The notes: generated by a model not told the origin, from the sequence alone. A stretch of 63,806 nt of DNA from Folioceros fuciformis (GCA_049999805.1 JBNGIO010006112.1:1-63806); one strand, 5' to 3'; positions 51,392 to 63,481 are shown, numbered from the stretch's first letter. Program-made: numbers and translations.

Positions 51392-52991
51392 ATGAAGATC
51401 AGGGTTAATCCACCGCCCCCACCAAAATGTGCAACAAAGTCATGCCAGACAGACTACAGGGAAAATGACACCCAAACGAATATATACTTGGGTCATGAAC
51501 CTCTGGCTGATCCAGAATTTTTGAGAGCTCAACTTTGGCCTCCGAAGCAAGATGGTAGTTCAGTATTTCACAATCTAGCACTTTAGTGCTTACATGAAGA
51601 TGTGTGCTTAGGTCCTGATTCTGCTGCCCCGGCTGTTTGTAATGTAGAGGAGGAGGAATTGCTGACAGCGGAGGAACTGGAAGCTGAGCAGAGGATGCGA
51701 GATTATGATGCGTTTTGTAGATCGTTCATGTTTCGGGATCGGGCAAATGAGCACGTTGCTCGAAGGGAACTCATCTATCCGCATCGCAATCAAATTGCTC
51801 CTTACAAGCAACCTGCGAAACACAGGACGGTATGGATGCAGCAGCTGGGACGTGAAACATGTTATAACGCCTGTCTTGAATTGTGTGCTACAATTGTGGG
51901 AAGGGAAGGAATAAAGTTTGGACTTGTTTTCCTGCAGGTGGACGATTGTCATGTGTTTGAGCCTCTCAACAGCATGACTTACCAGCGTGAGTGTTGTTCT
52001 AACATTGCGCAGTGCGCAGAGTGGAGAAGGAAGAGTTGTTTACTGACAGACGAGGCTTGTGACCAATTTTTGCAGAGGTGCAAGAACTTGAGCCGATGCT
52101 CACATTCGAGGACATCCTCGGGAAGGTAGGGAAAATCGAGTCTTCCGGTGTCAGGTCCAGGGCGTTACGGTTGCTGCTAGGCCTGCCGAAGCCACCGCGC
52201 AGCAGATCTTCGCAGGACAGAACGCGGCCGACATCCACCTCATCCAGCGGCAGGGCTCATCACGCGATGCTGGTGAAGGTGATCCATCTCTACTTCGCTC
52301 TTTTCTCCTTCAGATCTTCGAGTAAGCAGTATAGAATTGCAACTTGCTTCCTCATGTCTCCGAGCACGCCATCTAGAATGGCATCCGCTGTAGCCGTGAT
52401 CCTTCTTGCTTCAGCCACAGTTCTTTCACAGCGATCCACAAATGTTTCAAAATCAAACATCAGCTTTTTCGCACTCTCCAGCTCTGGCTCTACCTCGTCC
52501 TCCTCCCCTTCTTCACGAACCCTGGCTCGCGCCTCCTGCCAGTCTGCTTCAGACACTTCTTTGCATTCGGCATCCTCGTTGGAGACCCGGTCCGGCGACT
52601 CCCTTGACATGATGACCTGATTGGTTGCTGCTGTTCTGTGCGTGCCTGTGTTTAGGGCCGGCGGCGAGTACACACTCCCCGATGCGATCCTTCCTTCCTG
52701 CCGAAAATGGACCGGACAAACGCCGTGGTGCTGCTCCAGCGCCTTCTGCGAGGACGAGCCGCGCAGGTTTCTATGTTGGCCACCATGGAGAAGTGCAGCG
52801 GCTTCTTCGAGGAGCTCAACCGCCTGCCGGCCCCGGAGAAGATGTACCGGGAGCGGGAACTGAGCACGATTGTTGAAGCGCCGGAGACGGAGGAAGAGAT
52901 TCCGCCGAGCCTCAAGGAGGTGGTAGGGGGCGAGCTGTCCGACCTCTTTGTGGAGTACAAGGACGTGAGTTACCAACGGACGGCAACCTGA
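51392..52991 (+). CDS. CFAP91: Shortened CFAP91/MAATS1-like axonemal protein; 5' end uncertain
   Basis: TKSCQTDYRENDTQT and HTP...NAVVLLQRLLRGRAAQVSM match CFAP91 motifs (QTDYR..QT; AV..LQ.LLRGR..Q..M). Phase-consistent exons lie at ~51392-51554, 51612-51829, 51938-51986, 52076-52278 and 52656-52991. Confidence 0.65.
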
Positions 52992-53227
52992 AGCAACTTT
53001 GCCTCGTCGTTTCCTGAGTTCGCAATAGCTATGGCCCATGGAAACTGCGACTCTGCGGGGCACACACATCTACTGTATGTGGATAGGGCCAGCTCCTGCA
53101 AATTCATCGTCAGGGACATCGTCACCGGCTGTGGATTCGCCACGCCACCACCTGGACTTAGGATATGCACAGACATAAATCTCTGCGACGGTGCAGCATA
53201 TGTAGCCGACTCCACGTGATTCATCAC
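52290..53227 (-). CDS. 3' exons of an unidentified gene (acidic/coiled-coil C-terminus), probably extending to ~54100
   Basis: Exon 53227-52988 (acceptor GACATAG, donor CAG|GTTGCC) joins in phase 0 to exon 52616-52290 (acceptor CAATCAG; 108 aa, VIMSRESPD...LKEKRAK*). Upstream exons are not resolved. Confidence 0.5.
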
Positions 53228-55545
53228 CTATGTCAGAAGCAACCTTGAAGGGCTAGCCGTAAAAATCAGGTGGCCATGTCTGGGCCCCACCGATCCACTC
53301 GTGGAGCACTGCCATGCTTGAAGGGGCCCGCGCCCAGCATGCGCAGCCAGGAATGGTCACCACACACAGCACCTATCTGCAACAACGTTATTGTCACTGG
53401 TTGTTTGTATTGTTGCTTTTCTTGAACGTTGTCCATGGGAGTGGACTCTGCAATGAAGTTCTGTCGTGGCGTGCACAGATCCAGTGCACACCACGCGTTG
53501 ATCCAGGTTTCGGCAGGATTGGGAAGCAGATATACATACATACTGTATAGTAATGGGAAAGTATGCACGCACTACTACTATTTGCATATACCTGGTCCAG
53601 GACTGCCACTTCTGTCCCAGCACAAGTCAACATGACCTTAGAGAAAGGAAGGGCATTGTGTAGCCATGTACATGCAGATGTGAGCCTTGAGGAAAAGGCA
53701 ACTCTGGGGTGCCCGCCTCCAGCATTGTGTGCAAGGAATATTATATGGGTGCAACCCGGAATCACAGATGCAGTCCTAGTCTGTGGGTACCAGGCGGACT
53801 GGCCCACATGCCCACGGGGTCTGCTGTCCGCACACGTTTGCAACGACACCTGCTGCAACTTTTGCTTTCGCGGGGACAAGACACATGGCGCCCACTTATG
53901 GAGTGCACACATTCTGCGTGCTTCTGCCCAAAAGATCTGCCTGCTCAGAGTGTGAGTAGCTGTCCAGTTTTGGGTGGGGTGGTCCCGAGCCGCGCATTTG
54001 CTGCACATCCGAAGTAGGACCAGGCGCATCTTGCTCGCGTCGTCTCCAAAGCTTCACAAGGGGACAACTGGCTTCTGTCCAAAGATGCCATGGTCCCCAC
54101 CATGGATTGTATCAATAATCGAGTAACGCACAGTCACCCACCCATCCACCTACCTCCTCCCATTGCCAGGAGAAACCTGCCGACTCATCAGGTATCACCG
54201 ACTTAGGCACTGGACGGGCGAGATATCCCGGGAAGAAGATTGGTCGGCGCCAGGTATTATCTGACATTGATCTGTGGAAAGAGATGTGAAGTTTGGAACA
54301 CGACGTGTAAGACGTGATGTTATGCCTTGCTCGCACCAGTGGACGAGAAGCATTAATGGTCTATTGTTATTATTTTTAGTTGTTTGTTGCACAACAAACA
54401 ACTAAAAACTATTATATCCAAAGTCCTCCCGCTTTGAATCCGTTCCCAACAGTGTTCCCGAGGGGGGATTCGTCATTAAACCTGGTCCTGGGATCCAGCA
54501 GATTCCAAGTCACGAAAGTGATTAAAAAAATGCAGATCCAGGTTCGGACCGGAGATACGAGATCATTCTAGTCACAGCACGTTGGAACTGCCGAATCCCA
54601 GGAGACCTCCAGTCTCTGAGAGGAGCGTGGGAACCAACGACACCATCCAGACAATATCGAAAGTGAACGAGCTACAGTTCGAAGAGAAACAAGACCTGCC
54701 CAGTTAGCACGAAGGAGAGTTACCAAACAGCTGATTGCGCGCGAACACGCTGAGGCCTTGAGCTCTGTGATTGAACCAGCTAAGCATGTTCTGGAAGCTT
54801 GAGACCACGTATTCCAAGCCCAGCCAACAGCTTAAGAGAAGCGTTCCTGCTAGAAATGGGGATCAGCATCCTTACACAGTGAGAGCAAGCGTGCTCCAAA
54901 ATTTCCACAGCCCGAAAGGTGGAATCCCTGGAGTAGAAAAGTCCCAAGCTCTGAAAATCCACACGGAAAGGGAGGATTAAATCCTGTGACGGAGAAGTCC
55001 CAGGAAGCAGCCTGCTTGGCCCGTGCCGAATGTTTAGCGGGCGGTATCGGTCCTCCGAGCAATGCTGAGCCGGGCTGCATACAATGCACGCATTCGTGAT
55101 CACAAACCCTACACATCCCAGACCGGCCCTCTCCAATTCTGGTTTGGACACCGGGTAATGCTGCCCCTCGCCCATCGCCCATCGCCCGCCACAATGTTGG
55201 CACCCCGGAGGTTTAACGCAACGCTGAATGCATCCCAAATGCCCCGGCAAATGGCCGATCCCGAGCGAAAACCCTAACCAGCCAAGCCCCATCGCGCTCC
55301 TCCACATCGCCCGCCTTCAGATTCACCGCGCGCTGGCAGGCAGGCAGCAAGCCATCCCAAACAGACGCGACCTTCCACGGCAGCGGTGGCAACGACACAC
55401 CAGACGCTCCCGCAAACCCTAACCCCAACGCCATGCCCTGCCGAGACCCGGAACCGGACCCGATCCCGGACCCGGCGAGCTCCGACGCCATCGACACCGC
55501 GCTGCTCTTCTTCAAGCTCTACCTACTGCTGTCCCGGCTGTGAGA

Positions 55546-56055
55546 ATGCCGAAGCAGCTGCCGCAGGATGGCTTCATCTACAGCCTGCGGCCGGACGACG
55601 ACAACGTCAAGCGCTGGTCCTTCACCATGGGCGGAGTGCGCTACTACGGCGAAGGCAACAACGTGGTGCCTCCGGCTGGCGCGCACGGCTCCCGGTGGAG
55701 CCGACAGGAGAGCGGCTTCCTCCCGCCCGAGATCAAGCCCGACAAGCGCAAGCTACATGAGATCCTGGAGGAGCTCCGTGCCTTCGGCAACATCAAAGGA
55801 GTCCGCTTCCCTGTGCGCAAGAAGCCGCCTCCCAAGGCTAGCGTGCAGTACGTGAGCGGGCTAGTGGAAGCGGCAAAGGCTCGCCTGGTCCGCCGCAACC
55901 TCCTCGAAGGCATCTGCAAGCACGGCGCCGTCTTCCCATTCCGCACCCGCGCTCCCGCCAAGCTGCCCATCCCGCTCTGTTTCATCGAAGACGACCCTAC
56001 CATTCGCGCGCTCAACTTCGACTACCAGGTGGATAGGCCCGACGGCGACTGGTAA
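55546..56055 (+). CDS. GC-rich single-exon ORF of unknown function (169 aa), preceded by a 36-aa uORF (55433-55543)
   Basis: Strong G/C bias at third codon positions, AAACCCTAA telo-boxes upstream (~55270, ~55414), and a likely 3'UTR intron (CAG|GTATCT ~56090 ... TTGCAG 56226). No family recognised. Confidence 0.6.
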   Translation: MPKQLPQDGFIYSLRPDDDNVKRWSFTMGGVRYYGEGNNVVPPAGAHGSRWSRQESGFLPPEIKPDKRKLHEILEELRAFGNIKGVRFPVRKKPPPKASVQYVSGLVEAAKARLVRRNLLEGICKHGAVFPFRTRAPAKLPIPLCFIEDDPTIRALNFDYQVDRPDGDW

Positions 56056-56623
56056 CGCGCCAACCTCTCTCGTCACCTCGCACCCGCCAGGTATCTGCCT
56101 TCCTTACCTTTATCTCCTCCTCCCCTCCAATCTCTTCGTGCGTTCCCATGCGTGCGATCCATCGTTTATTTTGGTCTTCATCTGACTGCCTTTGCTTTTC
56201 GTAGATTAGATAGATTTACTTTGCAGGTGTGAAATGGAACGTAACTCAAGGTCAACCCATAATCACCTTTGAAGTATTATAATTATTATATTATATCATA
56301 TTATATCATATTATATTGACCTTGGATTGAGTCCAGATGCAATGGCCGAGTGATTCAAAAGGCACCAAGCTTTAGTTCTAGGTAGTCTTTGGAAAGTATA
56401 TGAATTCAAATTTGAAATTGTTGCAGATGGTGTAATTTCCTCAAGAGGCCAAGCTTGTAGCTTCCTCATGAGTTCAAGATGGACAATGGTTGTTTTGACA
56501 CTCTAACATTCCTATTTGAGTAATTTTGTAATTCTCTAAGCTGGCACATGCAAGGTTGTTCAACCACTAAGATCCACAAGTACTCCTCTGCATGAAGGAC
56601 ATGCCTTCATTCCTCTTACAAGG

Positions 56624-56850
56624 TAGACACTCATTCAATCCTCTAGACACTCATTCAATCCTCTAGACACTCATTCAATCCTCTTACAAACACTTTCTTA
56701 TGCTGGCGGGCACACTTTCAGGCCTCTTGTACCCCTCTTAGAATACTTTGATTTCCATGACAGGGCATACTTTCATTATCACTTTGTTGGAGGGGCATAC
56801 TTTCATTACCACTTTGTTGGAGGGCATACTTTCATTACCACTTTGTTGGA
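56624..56850. repeat. Two minisatellites: 20-bp x3 (56624-56683) and ~30-bp x3 (56762-56850)
   Basis: TAGACACTCATTCAATCCTC x3 and AGGGCATACTTTCATTA(T/C)CACTTTGTTGG x3. Confidence 0.9.
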
Positions 56851-58104
56851 CGGATGGAGAAGATTTCTCCAAGTTTGTTAAGGCCTAAGATAGAAGGCAT
56901 GTTATTGCTACAAGAATAGAAGTAGCCTCTTATTGCTGCTTTCGGCACAGGTTTCCACGTCTCTAAAGAGGGGTGTTGGGCAGGGTTTCAAGGCTTTGCA
57001 GACAGTGTTGGTAAAGGTGTTGGCTAACCTTCCCTGTAAAAGGTTTAGAGAACGTTGATTGGCCTCTGTAGAAGGTTACGAACCCTATGTCGTCCTATGC
57101 GTCTTGTCTTGGACGACATAGGGTCCAACTTCTCCATAGGGTCTTAGCCAACGCAGTATTAAGGAGGACACCGCAGCACAGCACTCGACATGCGGCTTCA
57201 CCACTTGTAGGAAGGCCTTTTCACTCTACGCTCGCCCTGTCGTTGGTGAGTTTTGAAGTTCTGAACGCAATCCATGGTTTTTGACACATATGATTGGAGA
57301 CTTGGAGGCCTCCTCCTCATGTCCGATGCCCCTCCTTGGATGTTTCCTTTTCCTTCTCTTGTTGGTAGATGGGTTTGCATCTCAGCTCAGAATCACAGTG
57401 AACGGCAGATAGAGCTTGCGCATGGGAAAGGCTTCAGCCTGGCTCCCATACATGGGAGCGAAACTCTGAAATAAGGAGATAAGAGATGAAGCATGGGAGC
57501 TGGTTTGGCTAGGAGGATTTGCAAATCTCACTTCCCTCACGCGTTCACACTTGTTCGCCTGCTGCTGGAGCTTTGAAGTTCCAGGGCTTTGCATGTCATG
57601 AACTTCAAACCAACGGGTTGCAGGCAATGGTTGAAACTGGGTATTGAGTTGTCTGTCGAAGGACAGGATGCCAAAGAAGCGAAGTAGGCTGGAGGCGAAG
57701 CTGCGTCAAACCAGTGGTGTCGAAGAGGACAGAGCAGCACGCCGGGAATTTTCCACTTCAAATTCTGCCATCCATCCTGCTCTCAGGAAATTAGTGTCGC
57801 GTGCGCTCTGCTGTGATCTCTGATCCATGGAATTCATATCCAGTGCGCTCGCTCTGGCTTTCTCTGAAAACATGTACTCCATACACTATAGGTCAATTTT
57901 GGATAGCGAACGTAGACTGGAGATGGCCTCGACCTGGGCGCCTCCAGTCCCCCGCTTCCTGCTCCAGGCTCCCTCAACACTGCGGCTCGCTCCCCCTCGG
58001 ACCGAAACTATGCAGTCGGAGCTCCCGCTCGAGGCTAGCTTGACGGCGCAGCCCTAATTCTGGCAACAAGGAGGATGTAGGGCAGCACAGACTAGGGGCG
58101 CATT

Positions 58105-60183
58105 ATGTTCGGAGTACTGTGTCCGGGTGGCGATGGCAGCACCTGGCGCGGAGTGGCAGGGCCCGGGGTGAGAAGTCGGAGCTCTGGCAGCAGCGCCTTG
58201 CCCATGCTCCATGTCAGACGCCTGGCGGGTCTGGCCGCTGCAGCAATCGGCAGAGGGGTCTGTGGAGAGGTCCTTCGTCTCAAGGGGAGGCCGCTGAGCC
58301 ATGGTGTGTCCTTTGGCAAGCGGAAGCTCAAAGTTGTGAGTGCTTTAGAGCGGGAACCCAGCAGCACCATCGTCCAGGAGAGACTGGAGCAGCATGGCAT
58401 CGTTCTGGAGTCTTACGAGGCAGGGCAGAAGCGTGTCATCTGCCCCAAGTGCGATGGTGGCAGCACCAGGGAGGCTAGCTTGGCCATCTTGGTGGACCAG
58501 GATAGGCAAAATGCTACATGGCTTTGCCACCGGGGAACATGTGGCTTCAGAGGGGGTACTAGGAGTCCCGGTGTTAAGAGGCAGAATAATGGAGCTGCTG
58601 CTGCCACCGCTGTTGCTCCTGCAGCTGCAGCTGCAACAGAAGCACCTGTGAAGAGGGAGATGTCCTTGGATAATCTCAACCTGAAACCTGTCACTGCTCC
58701 GATTCTGTTGAACTTCTTCAGCAAGAGGAAAATCTCCAAGGCTACCGTGGACAGGAATGGCGTGATGCAGCAAGGGTCAGGGGAGTTCGTAGCTGCCGCT
58801 TTCGTGTACAGGAGGAACAAGCAGATTGTAGCTTGCAAGTTCCGGAGAGCTCAAAAGAGGTTCACGCAAGTTCCAGGGTGTGAGAGGATCCTGTACGGCT
58901 TGGATGACATCAAGGGGCAGTCGGAGATTGTGATTGTGGAGGGCGAGATGGATAAGTTAGCCATGGATGAAGCTGGCATCCGTCACTGCGTCAGTGTACC
59001 TGATGGAGCTCCCCCCAAGGTGTCCGAACAAGAAGTACCTCCGCCAATGGAGGACAGGAAGTACCAGTATCTGTGGAACTGTAAAGATTATTTTGCCAAG
59101 GCAACGAAGATCGTGCTGGCCACGGACAACGATGTGCCTGGACAGGCTCTGGCGGAGGAGCTTGCAAGGCGGCTGGGCAGGGAACGGTGCTGGAGGGTCA
59201 CATGGCCGGAGTTTGAGGGAAAGGCTTGCAAGGATGCCAATGACGTGTTGGCCAACCTTGGCAAGGACCATCTGGTGCGCATGGTGGCGGAGGCGGAGGT
59301 ATATCCTATCCGGGGACTCCTGCAATTCTCGCAATTTTTCAAGGAGATCGAGGACTACTATTACCTGCGACTTGGGGATGAGAGGGGGATCTCGACTGGT
59401 TGGCCTTGTCTGGACGAGGTATACCGGGTAGTGCCTGGGGAGCTGACGGTGGTGACAGGAGTCCCTAATTCTGGCAAGAGCGAGTGGATAGATGCGCTTC
59501 TGTGCAACCTGAACCACCAGCGGCAATGGTCTTTTGCCCTGTGCTCCATGGAGAACAAGGTGAGAGAGCATGCCAGGAAGCTTCTGGAGAAGCACATGCA
59601 GAAGCCCTTCTTCGATGCTCCCTACGCCAACTCCATGCCCAGGATGACCCCGGAGGATTTGGCTGTGGGCAAGCAATGGCTGAACGACAACTTCTATCTC
59701 ATCAGACACGAGGACGATGAGCTTCCGTCCATCAGCTGGGTGCTGGACCTGGCCAGGGCAGCTGTGATGAGGTATGGCATCAGGGGACTGGTGATAGACC
59801 CATACAACGAGCTGGACCACCAGCGACCCACCAGCCAGACTGAGACGGAGTATGTGAGCCAGATGCTAACCAAGGTGAAACGTTTTGCCCAGCACCACGA
59901 TTGCCACGTGTGGTTTGTGGCCCACCCAAAGCAGCTGCAGGTCTGGCGAGGCGAAGCTCCTGGGTTGTACGATATCAGCGGCAGTGCACATTTTGTGAAC
60001 AAGTGCGACAATGGCATTGTTATACATCGAAACCGGGATCCTGAGGCTGGGCCTCTGGACCGAGTGCAGGTGCTGGTCAGGAAGGTACGCAACAAGGCTG
60101 CTGGAACCATCGGTGACGCTTATCTGCAATATAACAAGGTCACTGGAGAGTACATAGATGCGCAGAGGGACTCAATATCTTGA
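58105..60183 (+). CDS. TWINKLE: Twinkle organellar primase-helicase (T7 gp4-like), intronless, 692 aa
   Basis: Zn-finger CPKC...CHRGTC, TOPRIM IVEGEMDKLA...ATDND, Walker A GVPNSGKS, VIDPYNEL and ISGSAHFVNKCDNG, with a transit-peptide-like N-terminus. Confidence 0.96.
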   Translation: MFGVLCPGGDGSTWRGVAGPGVRSRSSGSSALPMLHVRRLAGLAAAAIGRGVCGEVLRLKGRPLSHGVSFGKRKLKVVSALEREPSSTIVQERLEQHGIVLESYEAGQKRVICPKCDGGSTREASLAILVDQDRQNATWLCHRGTCGFRGGTRSPGVKRQNNGAAAATAVAPAAAAATEAPVKREMSLDNLNLKPVTAPILLNFFSKRKISKATVDRNGVMQQGSGEFVAAAFVYRRNKQIVACKFRRAQKRFTQVPGCERILYGLDDIKGQSEIVIVEGEMDKLAMDEAGIRHCVSVPDGAPPKVSEQEVPPPMEDRKYQYLWNCKDYFAKATKIVLATDNDVPGQALAEELARRLGRERCWRVTWPEFEGKACKDANDVLANLGKDHLVRMVAEAEVYPIRGLLQFSQFFKEIEDYYYLRLGDERGISTGWPCLDEVYRVVPGELTVVTGVPNSGKSEWIDALLCNLNHQRQWSFALCSMENKVREHARKLLEKHMQKPFFDAPYANSMPRMTPEDLAVGKQWLNDNFYLIRHEDDELPSISWVLDLARAAVMRYGIRGLVIDPYNELDHQRPTSQTETEYVSQMLTKVKRFAQHHDCHVWFVAHPKQLQVWRGEAPGLYDISGSAHFVNKCDNGIVIHRNRDPEAGPLDRVQVLVRKVRNKAAGTIGDAYLQYNKVTGEYIDAQRDSIS

Positions 60184-61663
60184 GCTTCACATTCTGGAGG
60201 TCAGGTCAAGCCAAGCCACGCCTGCCCGCGACGGAAATCTTTACCGCCACAGGTTTTCCCTACTGTCCTTGGCATACTATCATACACTAGAGTTCAATGT
60301 GCTCCATCATCCACGAGATCTGGAAATGCCTTGAAGTCTGCATTTTTTTATTGAGTGTCATAGTTTCGAGGTTCACAACTTTGCAGGCCGCTATTACAAG
60401 GAATCTAGCCTGATGGGAAAAGGGGAAATTGTGACAGCACTCTCTGACACGGACCTTTCCTATAAAGTGATATTCAGAACTAAGGGATGTAGAGGAATTG
60501 AGGAGTGGCTGTCACATTCTATCTAGGTACATGTCTATTTGCGGGCTTCACGGATTTGGTCTAAGCCATTGAAGAGCTCGGTGCCCTGAGCATGTATATT
60601 GGCCCGTGTGCTGACTTTTGCATCCCAAACTATTAAACCCAATCTTGGTGGGTGCACCCGATAGGCTAGAAAGCAGCAAGAGTTTCTACATATTCATTAA
60701 TCCCGGCATGCCCAATAGTCTCCTCTCATATTTTGGTTAGGATGGTGGATTGCTTTGCATGAGCCATGGGTGACTATAAAGAGTTGCGCTGTTACCCTTA
60801 TTTCAATTTTCCTTCTCTTCTAAGAATGAGCTATAGTACTCACAATGAACAACTCTCCATCAATGAACTTGTTTTTCATAAGATTGGAACAACTCCCCAT
60901 GCTGATAATTGCCAAGGGAAGAATAGCCTATTCAAAAAACTAGAGTAATCATAGAATGAATACAATTGTAACACACTAAATAACTCACTAACATTCCTAA
61001 TATAGCAAGAAAATAGAAAAAAAAACATTTTTTACATAGATGAAAGATTCAGTCTTCCAGCAAACAGTTCCTGGCGTTGAAAAACTTGGGAGCTTGCAGA
61101 AACTCAGGACAACTACTGAAACAAGCCCACGGAGTCCAACCCCCACGTAAAAGAAATACCTTTCAAACATCACCCAATAAGAACCACGCAGGAGGTCCCA
61201 CCTAAAACGCCTTAGAAACATTACAGAGTAGAATGCAATCAGGAGGCACTCACAGGCCACTACATAGAGGCCCCACCACAAAGCCCCAAGCAGGGCAAAA
61301 GCAGCCACCCCTGATACCTTAGAGAGCCCAAAGCTGTGGCCCATTCGTTCACGGCTTGTCCGAAGCTGCTCTATTGAAAATCAGTCCGGCGTTAGTGTTG
61401 GAGGGGAGAAGAAATTGAAGAAGGGTCAAACGGCTTAAAATACACTTGAAAGTTGAAGTAAACTGCAGCCTTTACAGAGTTGGATACCCCTCAGAAGTGA
61501 TCTACACCTTATTGCAACTTAAGAACTAGCTCTGCCATTTCCGAAAAATATTATCTCAACAAGTCTTTCCGCTAGGTAATTTGGAGTTCTTGAGGGGACG
61601 GATGTGGCACAGCAACATGGAACAAAGCTTCAAAGGACAAAAAAAAGGGCGTTCCACTTAAAG

Positions 61664-63021
61664 TTAGATTTGCATTGCCTGAGCATGGTAAGTGTCCAGC
61701 TCGGCGTCCAAAACCTCAGCACTCTTGACTACTGCTGGAGGTCTTTGGCTGCCTCCTCCTCCTCCTCCTCCTCCTCTTCCTCTACCACGTCCACGACCGA
61801 ACCGCCTTGGCTGAAAACCATTTGTAGCCCTGAAAATTTGAGACGAACAAGACATGGTTACACAACAACACTAGGATAGCCAACACACCATGAACTAGAC
61901 AAACGAGACGAGTGTCTGCCACCCTACCCAACAACATGCTTCCTCTCCATAGAGGCTGCCGCTGCTGCTCGTGCAAAACCAGGGCTGCATGACAGACAAC
62001 ATAGATGCCAAAGCCCACTGATGACAACAACGTAGATACCACCAATATACCAAAACCATCCACCCGGTGCCGTAATAGACGAAGGAAAACCAAACTATCC
62101 TTCATGCAGTTGCAAGCCTAGGGTTTAAGAGGGAGAAGGACATACGTCACCACCACCGTTCGCCCTCGTCTTCCACCCGCTGCCGCATTCCCATTCACCG
62201 CCCGTGCCTCTGACCCTACCGACGTCAGGTTTTTGCCTATGAGCTCGATGGCCATGGGCTTGCCATCAAGTTGCACATTGTTGTACCGCTTGAGCGCAGC
62301 AACAGCATCTGGTCTCCGGGCAAACACCACCTCCGCAGTGCCCTTAGAGCGGCCGCTTCTATCGTAGTGGATAGAACACCTTTTCAAATCCCCAACTTCG
62401 GAGAATAACTCCTTGATATCTTCGTTCGACACTCCAAAGTCCAAATTGGACACGTACAGCTTGGTACCCGTCTCTATACCCGCGGCTGCAGCTGCTGCCC
62501 TGCCTGCCCCCTCCTCAAATAAATCATGTCGCCACACCGCATCAGTGGCTCGCCGGACATTCTGCAATCACAAAACCCCAGCGATGAGCTTCCCCTGAGC
62601 CAGGGACGAGGGTGCCATATTAGGGCAACAGGCAGTGCCACACACAAGCAAGGCACAGGGCGGGCAAGAAGCAGGCAGGCCCAGCAGATGCCAGCAAGAG
62701 GAGTCACGAACCACACACCTTAGCCGTGAAGTAGGGCACAGCCCGTCCCGCTGCCCGATTCACTTGTCTCCTAGCAGGGCCCCCGAAGCCGCGGCCAGCG
62801 AATTTGCNNNNNNNNNNNNNNNNNNNNNNNNNNNNNNNNNNNNNNNNNNNNNNNNNNNNNNNNNNNNNNNNNNNNNNNNNNNNNNNNNNNNNNNNNNNNN
62901 NNNNNNNCCCCCCCCCACCTGCCCGGGCCCCGGCCCGCCCGCCGCCCCCGCGCCCTCCCCTCGTCTTCTTCTTGTTGTTCTTGATGATATCATCCAGGCT
63001 CATGTTGAGAGACGCCTCCAT
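61664..63021 (-). CDS. ALY: ALY/REF (THO complex subunit 4) mRNA export adaptor; exon 1 interrupted by the gap; in-frame upstream ATG at 63063 possible
   Basis: LNMSLDDII, RRM TKLYVSNLDFGVSNEDIKELF...YDRSGRSKGTAEV, and C-terminal KSAEVLDAELDTYH. Confidence 0.93.
62808..62907. other. Assembly gap (100 N) within the GC-rich RGG-coding region of ALY
   Basis: Run of N. Confidence 1.
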
Positions 63022-63481
63022 GGGGTCTTCCGCCTTCGTGGAAAGAGATGCCGTAGGCTCCATTCTGGCCGACGAGATGAATGAAGAGCGCAATCAGGAT
63101 GGAGCAAACTCCGGAGGTGCTCCGCCCTTTTATTACCTCCTCCTCTTTTCTCTGTTTTCCTCTCTGCTTATTTATTTTTTCAGCCTATTTTACTTCCCCT
63201 TAAACCCCACCATAATCTCCTCTGTTACGTTAACACCCTTCTGTCGTTACTTCAGGGACCCACGGATTTTAACGCCGTCTCTCCTCCATCTTCCGCTACC
63301 CACGTAAATGAACAGCTCACGTTGCACCTACCTATTATTAAGTTACATTAACATAGATCTCACATTCTAATCATGGTTTAAGATTACCTTTAACTTTCGA
63401 TTGATTTGAGTTGAGTTCAATACCTTATTACAATAATTTTTTTTTTCCGTAGAATTATCTATAGGATACATACAAGAGTAG

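Noticed and set aside
57923-58057. Transit-peptide-like uORF or alternative first exon of Twinkle
   Set aside because: It is in a different frame from Twinkle with no convincing splice sites to join them; could be chance.
58105-60183. Phage or bacterial horizontal transfer or contamination
   Set aside because: The sequence has plant Twinkle motifs and a transit-peptide-like N-terminus. The T7-like ancestry of Twinkle is ancient.
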